Assembly: GCA_964435495.1 (NCBI GenBank)
Contig: CAYSZK010000003.1
Span: 2,870-66,869, forward strand
Length of the DNA: 64,000 nucleotides
Direction: 5' to 3'
Origin: an uncultured Verrucomicrobiales bacterium
Lineage (GTDB): Bacteria > Verrucomicrobiota > Verrucomicrobiia > JADLBR01 > JAIBCM01
The position numbers and the translations under genes are program-made. Positions 57,316 through 64,000 of the stretch are shown here, piece after piece. The first letter of the stretch is position 1. Each line of letters begins with the position of its first letter. The notes beneath the pieces are model-generated. The model did not search any database. It was not told where the DNA came from and saw nothing but the letters and a program-made list of their open reading frames with translations.

Positions 57316-58353
57316 TCAGGAATACCTGGCCTTGAGAGCGCGGCCAGCCTTGGCGCTGCGGGCGGCGAGGTCGATGATGTGGATGGGGCGGCGCGACCAT
57401 TCGCCGGTGATGGCGAGCTCATCGCCGTTCACGAGATGGGCGGCGACGTTTTTGTAGTAGAGCTCGCCGGCGGGGCTCGCGGGATTGCGGCCTTCGGTGA
57501 CACGTTTTTCGCCTTTCCGGTGCTGGATGATTTTGTAGCCGCCGCCGTCCATGACGTAGGTCCCTTCGGTGCCGGTGATTTCGAGCCAGCCTTCCTTGCC
57601 CTTGGAATCGATGCTGCTGATGGCGAGCGTAAGCCACTGGCCGGACTTGAAACGCACGACGGCGAAGGCCTCGTCCTCGTTGCTGTCCTTTTTCCACGCG
57701 GTTTTCGGGGCCCAATACCCTTCGTGGGCAAACCCGGAGACCTCGGTGATCTCCGAGCGGATGAGCTGGAGCGAGTATTCGAGCAGATGCACGCCCCAAT
57801 CGTAGAGGATGCCGCCGGAGATCGAGCGCGACGTGCGCCACCAGTCGCCAGGCCGGCCATACCCGCCCATGTGGGCTTCGATGCGGATGATGTCGCCGAT
57901 GGCGCGCTTTTTGTGGATCATCTCGAGCGCGCGCAGGATGCAGCCGTCCCAGTGCCGGTTGTGGTAGGTCGAAAGCATGACCCCGGATTTTCTTGCGGCG
58001 GCGATCATGGCGTCCACCTCGGCGGTGGTGATGGCGAGGGGCTTCTCGCAAATGACATGCCGCCCGGCCCGGAGGCACTCGAGGGCGAGCGGGGCGTGGG
58101 TGTTGTGCGGGGTGATGAGGACGATGAGATTGACGTCGTTTCGTTTGAGCATCGCCTTGACCGACGTGTAGGCGCCGATCCCGGGAAAATCGTCCTGGGC
58201 CGCGGCGAGCCGTTTTTCATCGACTTCGGCGACGGCGACGGGAGTCATGCCAACGGCTTGCATATGGCGGAGATGCTCGCGCCCCATGTTGAAGGCGCCG
58301 CCGTAGCCTGCGACGCCGACGGTGATTTCGGAGGGTTTGGAGTAGCGTTTCAT
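57316..58353 (-). CDS. Gfo/Idh/MocA-family NAD(P)-dependent oxidoreductase
   Basis: Rossmann N-terminus (VGVAGYGGAF...EKPLA) and the GFO_IDH_MocA C-terminal domain. I confirmed the ATG at 58353. Confidence 0.8.
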   Translation of the reverse strand: MKRYSKPSEITVGVAGYGGAFNMGREHLRHMQAVGMTPVAVAEVDEKRLAAAQDDFPGIGAYTSVKAMLKRNDVNLIVLITPHNTHAPLALECLRAGRHVICEKPLAITTAEVDAMIAAARKSGVMLSTYHNRHWDGCILRALEMIHKKRAIGDIIRIEAHMGGYGRPGDWWRTSRSISGGILYDWGVHLLEYSLQLIRSEITEVSGFAHEGYWAPKTAWKKDSNEDEAFAVVRFKSGQWLTLAISSIDSKGKEGWLEITGTEGTYVMDGGGYKIIQHRKGEKRVTEGRNPASPAGELYYKNVAAHLVNGDELAITGEWSRRPIHIIDLAARSAKAGRALKARYS

Positions 58354-58379
58354 AGAGGCGGGGGATGGCGGGCGCGGAC

Positions 58380-59489
58380 TCAGTCGAGGGCGCCCTCGGG
58401 CAGATCGGCGCGCATGGGGGCGGGGCGTTCGCATGTGGACAGGAGTTCGACGTGGCGTCCGGCGCCGGAGGCTTCGTGGACGGCCTGCATGATGTCGAGG
58501 GCGTGCATGGCGACGCGCTCGTTGCAGCGGTGCTCGCGCCCGGCGCGGATGGCCGCGGCCATGTCGGCGACGCCGACCCCGCGGGCGCCCTCTTGGTAGG
58601 GATGGGAGTGGGGGACCTCGGCCCAATCGCGCCCTTTGCCCAAAAACACGGGGCCATTGGTGGCGTTGGGGTCGGGCACTTTGATCGAGCCTTCGGCGCC
58701 GTAGATTTCCATGGCGACATAGGTGTAGGGAACGCGGATGTCGAAGCTGGTGGTGAGCGTGCCGGTGGCGCCGCAGACGAAGTCGAGGACGGCGACGACG
58801 TGCGTGGGGACCTCGACGGCGACCTTCTTGCCGGCCTTGGGCTCGCTGGTGATGGTGCGTTCGGGAAACGTGATCCGGGTGGAACCGGTGACGCGCCGGA
58901 CCGGGCCGAGAAGCGTGATGAGGGCGTGCAGGTAGTAGGGGCCCATGTCGAACATCGGGCCGCCGCCCTTCTCGTAATAGAATTCCGGGGAGGGATGCCA
59001 CGTTTCGTGGCCGCCGCAGAGCATGTTGGCGGTGAACGCGACCGGCCGGCCGATCGCGCCTTCGTCGATCAATTTGCGGCACGTCTGGATGCCGGCGCCC
59101 AGGACGGTGTCCGGGGCGCAGCCCACGCGCAGGTTCCGCGCGGCGGCGGCGTGAACAATGGAAAGGCCTTCGTCGCGGGTGAGGGCGAACGGTTTTTCGC
59201 TGAAGACGTGCTTGCCGGCCGCGAGGGCCGCGAGATCGACGGGCGCGTGCGCCTTGGGAACGGTGAGGTTGACGACGATGTCGATGGACGGATCGGCGAG
59301 AAGTTCGTCCACAGAGCAGGCTTTGGGTACGTTGGCCGAAGCGGCGAGCGCGCGGGCGCGCTCCATGTCGAGGTCGGCGACGGCGGCGAGGTCGAGGATG
59401 GGGAACTTGCGGCAGGCGGGGACGTAGGCTTTCTCGGCGATGTTGCCGCAGCCGACGATGCCGATGCGGAGGGGTTGAGGGGAGGGCAT
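58380..59489 (-). CDS. Gfo/Idh/MocA-family NAD(P)-dependent oxidoreductase
   Basis: IGIVGCGNIAEK...EKPFA. I confirmed the ATG at 59489. Confidence 0.8.
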   Translation of the reverse strand: MPSPQPLRIGIVGCGNIAEKAYVPACRKFPILDLAAVADLDMERARALAASANVPKACSVDELLADPSIDIVVNLTVPKAHAPVDLAALAAGKHVFSEKPFALTRDEGLSIVHAAAARNLRVGCAPDTVLGAGIQTCRKLIDEGAIGRPVAFTANMLCGGHETWHPSPEFYYEKGGGPMFDMGPYYLHALITLLGPVRRVTGSTRITFPERTITSEPKAGKKVAVEVPTHVVAVLDFVCGATGTLTTSFDIRVPYTYVAMEIYGAEGSIKVPDPNATNGPVFLGKGRDWAEVPHSHPYQEGARGVGVADMAAAIRAGREHRCNERVAMHALDIMQAVHEASGAGRHVELLSTCERPAPMRADLPEGALD

Positions 59490-59518
59490 GGGGATGCGGG
59501 GAGGCGCGGCGTCCGGGT

Positions 59519-60154
59519 TCAGCGTGCGGCCCAGAGCAAGCCGCGGACGGTCATGGCGCGGACGTGGGGAAAGTCGAGGAACTCTTTGGGTTTGTGGCCG
59601 AGGGAAGAGTAAAAGACGCGGCCCCGGCCCCAGGACTTGGTCCAGACGACGGGCATGCGGCAGCGGCGGCCTTCGTAGGTGTAGAGCGTGTCGGCGAGGA
59701 CGGTGACGGCGGGATCGACGAGCATATAGTACTGTTCGGAGTTGTAGGGGAACTCGCAGGGCAGCCCCTCCGTAATGGGATGGGAGACTTCGGTGAGCCG
59801 GACGGAATACTCGCCGACGTGGGGATGGCCGACGAAATGGCCGCCGACCATCCATTCATATTCCGTGTTGCCGCGGAAGGCGTCGCCCATGCCGCCGTGG
59901 ACGCCGCCAAGGCCGCAGCCGGAGCGGACGGCTTCGTGGAGGCCCTTCCCCTGTTCGGGGGAGAGCTTGTCCATGGTCCAGCAGGGAAAGATAAGGTCGT
60001 AGGCCTTGAGGGCGTCGGCGTCGGCGAGGGGTTCGAGCGAATTCTCGACGCGAACCTCGAACCCGTTGGCGGCGAGGTCTTCGCGGAACGTTTCGGCGGT
60101 CTGGCGGGGTTCGTGCCCGTCCCAGCCGCCCCAGAGGATGATGGCCTTTTTCAT
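59519..60154 (-). CDS. ThuA-domain (trehalose-utilisation-like, class I glutamine amidotransferase-like fold) protein
   Basis: MKKAIILWGGWDGHEP...HPITEGL are ThuA family motifs. I confirmed the ATG at 60154. Confidence 0.65.
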   Translation of the reverse strand: MKKAIILWGGWDGHEPRQTAETFREDLAANGFEVRVENSLEPLADADALKAYDLIFPCWTMDKLSPEQGKGLHEAVRSGCGLGGVHGGMGDAFRGNTEYEWMVGGHFVGHPHVGEYSVRLTEVSHPITEGLPCEFPYNSEQYYMLVDPAVTVLADTLYTYEGRRCRMPVVWTKSWGRGRVFYSSLGHKPKEFLDFPHVRAMTVRGLLWAAR

Positions 60155-60227
60155 GCGCGCGGTTTTCGCTCCCGGGGGATTGGCCGGGACGATTTGCTCA
60201 TGAAAGAGGATTGCTTTTTGTGGGGGA

Positions 60228-61082
60228 ATGGATTTCCTTTTCGAAAACATGGATTTTCTGATCAGGCACTGGGCGCCGTTTCCGCGCCGGCATCCGTCGG
60301 GGCTGCCGGTGCAGACCATCGGGTACATGGCGGCCAAGGATCATTGGGTGCGGCACGCGTTCGGGACGTGCAACTTCTCGTTCATCCTCTCCGGCGGCGG
60401 CGAGTACCGGTGGCGGGGCGGGGTGTTCGAGGTGCGCCCGCCGTGCGTGATCACGCAATGGCCGGGGGAGCGGGTGGCCTACGGGCCATGCGGGGGGCAC
60501 GCGGTCTGGGAGGAGCTGTATCTGGTGTATCCGGCGCGGTTGCGGCGGGTGTTCCGGCAGATGGGGTACGAGCGGGCGGACCGTCCGGCTTGGCGCATCC
60601 GGCAGGCGGGCGCGGTGCGGGAGGGGTTGGAACGGTTGCGCGATCTGGCTTCGGCGCCGCCTGGGGAGGGGGTGGCGGACCGGGTGGACCGCGTGTGCGA
60701 AGGAATGGTTTTGGAGAGCCTGCTGGGGGCGCAACCGGCGGCGTTGGGCCCGGCGGAGCGGGCGGTGGCGGAGGCGCGGGAGGGGTTGCGGACAGCGTTG
60801 GGGGCGCCGGTGGATTGGGGGGCGCTGGCGGCGGGGCGGGGGATGGCGGTTTCGACGTTCCGGCGGCATTGGCGGCGGCTCGGCCAAGCTCCGCCGGCGC
60901 GGTTTGTGGCCCGGCTGCGGATGCGCGAGGCGCGGCGGCTGCTGGCGGAGACCCGGCTTGCCGTGGCGGAGGTGGCGGCGCGCGTGGGGTTCGAGGACGC
61001 GCTCTATTTCTCGCGGCGGTTCCGGATGGAAACGGGGATGGCGCCGCGGGAGTACCGGCGGGCGTATGGGCGGCAGGGGTAG
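60228..61082 (+). CDS. AraC-family transcriptional regulator
   Basis: N-terminal cupin-like sensing domain. C-terminal twin HTH (VSTFRRHWRRL...LAVAEVAARVGFEDALYFSRRF). Confidence 0.8.
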   Translation: MDFLFENMDFLIRHWAPFPRRHPSGLPVQTIGYMAAKDHWVRHAFGTCNFSFILSGGGEYRWRGGVFEVRPPCVITQWPGERVAYGPCGGHAVWEELYLVYPARLRRVFRQMGYERADRPAWRIRQAGAVREGLERLRDLASAPPGEGVADRVDRVCEGMVLESLLGAQPAALGPAERAVAEAREGLRTALGAPVDWGALAAGRGMAVSTFRRHWRRLGQAPPARFVARLRMREARRLLAETRLAVAEVAARVGFEDALYFSRRFRMETGMAPREYRRAYGRQG

Positions 61083-61220
61083 GCGCGCGGGGCGGGTCCG
61101 TGGGGTGGGGGAGCGGGAGGCGAGTGGCGATTGCGGTGGCGATTGCGGCCTTGTCTTGCGGCTGGTTTGGGCCGACAGTAACGCTCCGGATGCGACTGAC
61201 CATTTGCGAAGTCGAAGGGC

Positions 61221-61448
61221 ATGCCCGCCCATTCCGTCGCGCCGGAAATCTGTGTCGAGGTGTGTTCTCCCGGCAACACGGAGAGGCAGCTTGACGAAAA
61301 GCGCGACTGGTATTTTGACGCGGGCGCCGAGGAGGTCTGGCGGTGCGACAGCGGCGGGAGAATGGCTTTTTTTCTGAAAGAGGCGCCCTCTGAAGACGCT
61401 GGAAAATCCAAGCTTTGTCCGGAGTTTCCGGCCATCGTCAACAGGTAA
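61221..61448 (+). pseudogene. Uma2-family (DUF820) endonuclease, C-terminal fragment only
   Basis: EICVEVCSPGNTERQLDEKRDWYFDAGAEEVWRCD matches the conserved C-terminal motif of Uma2-family putative restriction endonucleases. The roughly 120-aa N-terminal part is absent. Confidence 0.45.
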
Positions 61449-62154
61449 GGCGGACTTCATCGCGCGGAAGCGGGAGGCCCGCCGGTTACAGGCGGGTTCG
61501 CGGCGCCCGTCCATCCCCAGGGTCCCGCACACCGGGCTGCGCATCGAGCTCAGGCCGCGCGGCCAGTGGGAGATTCTTGAAGCGAAAAAGCGAAATTCAC
61601 ACCGTCCAAGGTGGCGGCGGGTTCTCGTTTTCCGTTTTCCCGCCTTCCTGCTTTCCTCATTCCAGAATGTTGCAACGCCACATCGCGCCGCACACGCTCT
61701 GTTTCATGTCCCAAAGCGCCGCGCCAGGGCAGAACCGGTCGGCCCGGCTTCATGGCAGCCCGGAACCTTGCTCCGGCTTCCACCTATTCACATCCCAGGA
61801 GACGCTGGACGAAGTCATCGCCGAGGTGCGCCGCCACAAGGAGGAGATCGCGGCTGAGCGCGATTTCGATGTGGACTCCCTCCGGCGGGACCTGCGAGAA
61901 CGCGAGGAGCGAATCCCAGGCTGGTGTCCCGGATCACCAGAAGCGAACAAGACACTTGAGAGCCACCTCCATACCACTGCCGCGGCATCGAGGTGGCTTG
62001 CCGGCACGTTGGTGGGATCACTGAGCCACGCGCCAGTCCACCTCCTGTGTGCAATTCGGCGGACGATCTGTTGGGGAAGGGAAAACGGTTTTCAAGGAAA
62101 GCCCGCCGGCCCTCGCGAATGCGGGATTGGCCCTTCTGAACCGCGGAACGCGGC

Positions 62155-64000
62155 TCAGTACTCCACGGCGACCCGGAAAAACATCGTGGAATTCGTTACT
62201 CCAGAATCGACCATGGAGACATGGAGCGTGTCGGCATCCTCATGCACGGTTATCTTTTGTGGATCGCACTGGGTCCAGTGGATAAGGTCGGTCGAAGCCT
62301 GGAGGCGAATGACCGCGTCTTCGGGCGCGAGGAGTTGATCGAAAGACACCGACCATCCGAGCGGGCCGCGGGCGTTTGTGATTCGGGGCGACTCTGTGGC
62401 CTGGAGCGGGGAAGTTTGGAAAATATACTCCAACGCGTTGCAGGCGCCGTCTCCGTCCGCATCCGCCTGCGGCGCGGAGATCGCGGGGTCCGCCTGTTGT
62501 TGCGGGGTGAAGTTCGCCGCTTTCCAGGTTCCGTAACGTGGCGCCGGGCTGGCCGCAAAACATGTGGTTCCGCCGGCGAAAATCGCGCCAGCCACCAGAT
62601 TGGGGACCGCCACTGGCACATAGGAATCCGGCGGCGGAGCGGCTGTGGGCTCCCCATAAAGCGCCGCGACGTCGGATGCGGTCAACGGCCGATCGAAGAT
62701 GCGCACTTGGTCCAGGGTGCCAACGAAGAAATCGGCGGTGGACTGGTTGGCGTGGCCGAGGACGACCCGCGCTTGCTGGGTGGAAGTTGAAGCGGCGACC
62801 GAACCGCTGGCGACGAGATGGTTGTCGATGTAGAGCTTTTGGCCGCCGATACTCGCGCCGTAGGTGTGGACGACGTGATGCCACTTGCCATCGGCGTAGG
62901 TTCCCGGCGAATTAATAATCTGGGTGGTCGAACCGACCAGGCGGGCATAGACCTTCCCGTTGCTCAGGTAGAGTTCGCGGTCGTGGATGTTCGCGTCGAA
63001 ATCGGAGCGGGGCGCGTCGAAGATGCCGCCGTTCGGGTCGGTTGTCTTGAACCAGAGCGACAGCCCGTGGCGGTCTTCGGGAAGATCGATGCTGGCCCCG
63101 GCGTACTCGCCCGAGCCGATGGCGGCGTTGGTGCCGTTGAAGGCCAGCGCGCCCCCCATCTTGCCGGTTGGGGTCCAATTGGCATTTGTCATGTTGTTGA
63201 GAAAGATGCTGTAGCCGACGCCATCGTTGCACGCCGTGGCGCCGGAGGTTTCGTCCAGCCGCCAAAGGAGCAGCGGTTCGGGGAAGGTGGCCGGTCCGCC
63301 GCCGGCGCCGATTTGGCCGGCGTCGCCCCGGCCCCACGCCATCACTGTCCCGTTGGCGAGCAGTGCCAGGGACGTGCCGTCACCGGCCGCTACGGAGGCG
63401 GCGCCGGCCACGGCGAACACGGCCGCGGGAATGGTGGCGGAAGGCGTGGTGGCGGGGTCGCTCCCGAGCTGGCCGTGCGCGTTGTTGCCCCAGGCGCGGA
63501 CTTCGCCGGAAGCGAGCGCGGCGAGCGCGTGATCGGACCCCGCCGCGATGGCGGCAGCCCCGGTGAGGCCTGTGACCGCCACCGGGGAATGCCGGTCGCT
63601 GGTCGAGCCGTCGCCGAGTTGGCCGAGATCGTTCCGGCCCCACGCGGTGACGGAGCCGCCGCCGAGGAGCGCGAGCGCGAAATCGCGGCCGGCGGCGATG
63701 GCTTCGACGCCGTTCAAGCCCGCGATTTGGAAGGGCGCGTACCGCCCGGCGGTTGATCCGTCGCCGAGTTGGCCGCGGTCGTTCTTGCCCCAGGCGTAAA
63801 CCGCGCCGGTCTCGAGCAAGGCGACGGTGAAATCGCCGCCGCAGGCCACCGCCACGGCCGCCGCGGGTAGCGAAACCGCCAGCGGCCACGGGCAGCCGAT
63901 GGCCGATCCGTCGCCGAGTTGCCCCTCGCTGTTGTCACCCCAGCAATAGACCGTGCCGCCGCACACCGCGGCGGCGTGGCGGGCGCCGGCGGAGACTGTG
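62155..64000 (-). CDS. RCC1-repeat plus LamG/concanavalin-A-like lectin domain protein (5' end outside window)
   Basis: Repeated GxNxxGQLGDG beta-propeller blades (RCC1), then a laminin-G-like jelly-roll (GKWHHVVHTY...LYIDNHLV) and a C-terminal region. The frame stays open to the window edge. Confidence 0.7.
   Translation of the reverse strand, partial: TVSAGARHAAAVCGGTVYCWGDNSEGQLGDGSAIGCPWPLAVSLPAAAVAVACGGDFTVALLETGAVYAWGKNDRGQLGDGSTAGRYAPFQIAGLNGVEAIAAGRDFALALLGGGSVTAWGRNDLGQLGDGSTSDRHSPVAVTGLTGAAAIAAGSDHALAALASGEVRAWGNNAHGQLGSDPATTPSATIPAAVFAVAGAASVAAGDGTSLALLANGTVMAWGRGDAGQIGAGGGPATFPEPLLLWRLDETSGATACNDGVGYSIFLNNMTNANWTPTGKMGGALAFNGTNAAIGSGEYAGASIDLPEDRHGLSLWFKTTDPNGGIFDAPRSDFDANIHDRELYLSNGKVYARLVGSTTQIINSPGTYADGKWHHVVHTYGASIGGQKLYIDNHLVASGSVAASTSTQQARVVLGHANQSTADFFVGTLDQVRIFDRPLTASDVAALYGEPTAAPPPDSYVPVAVPNLVAGAIFAGGTTCFAASPAPRYGTWKAANFTPQQQADPAISAPQADADGDGACNALEYIFQTSPLQATESPRITNARGPLGWSVSFDQLLAPEDAVIRLQASTDLIHWTQCDPQKITVHEDADTLHVSMVDSGVTNSTMFFRVAVEY

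Noticed and set aside
61415-62338. 307-aa plus-strand ORF after the Uma2 fragment
   Set aside because: Its N-terminal half is Arg/Ser/Gly low-complexity and overlaps the Uma2 remnant. Only a short internal segment looks protein-like. It is kept only as part of the decayed-region finding.

Overview
This is a high-GC bacterial chromosomal window, roughly two-thirds G+C by eye, with about 58 supportable features. I saw no rRNA and no CRISPR array. Its gene content fits a PVC-type polysaccharide degrader such as Verrucomicrobiota, but that is inference only. The content includes a PEP-CTERM protein and an exosortase, tandem GH43 hydrolases, a sialate O-acetylesterase, a heparinase II/III-like gene and a large EPS/O-antigen locus.

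The most notable region is a compact selenocysteine island at about 25.4-33.8 kb. It holds a tRNA-Sec (anticodon TCA, 8-bp acceptor stem, long variable arm) and a selD fusion gene. It also holds selA and selB and a secreted roughly 620-aa protein of unknown function whose frame contains TGA followed by a protein-like 42-codon extension, which makes it a candidate new selenoprotein. Next to it is a translationally coupled operon of a NapH-like polyferredoxin with HgdA/HgdB/HgdC-like (2-hydroxyacyl-CoA dehydratase/activase family) genes, plus an extra HgdB-like paralog between selD and the candidate selenoprotein.

Other notable items are:
- a conserved roughly 120-bp GC-rich stem-loop repeat present in three copies, two of them flanking the PEP-CTERM gene in direct orientation and one inverted upstream of an ECF sigma factor;
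- a roughly 300-bp MITE-like element with 32-bp terminal inverted repeats beside a solo HEPN gene;
- a solo ParE/RelE-like toxin;
- fccAB sulfide dehydrogenase with a divergent two-component system;
- an exosortase-linked EPS locus encoding Glf, several methyltransferases and a sulfotransferase-like protein.

Many long ORFs in the six-frame track are antisense GC artefacts and are rejected.
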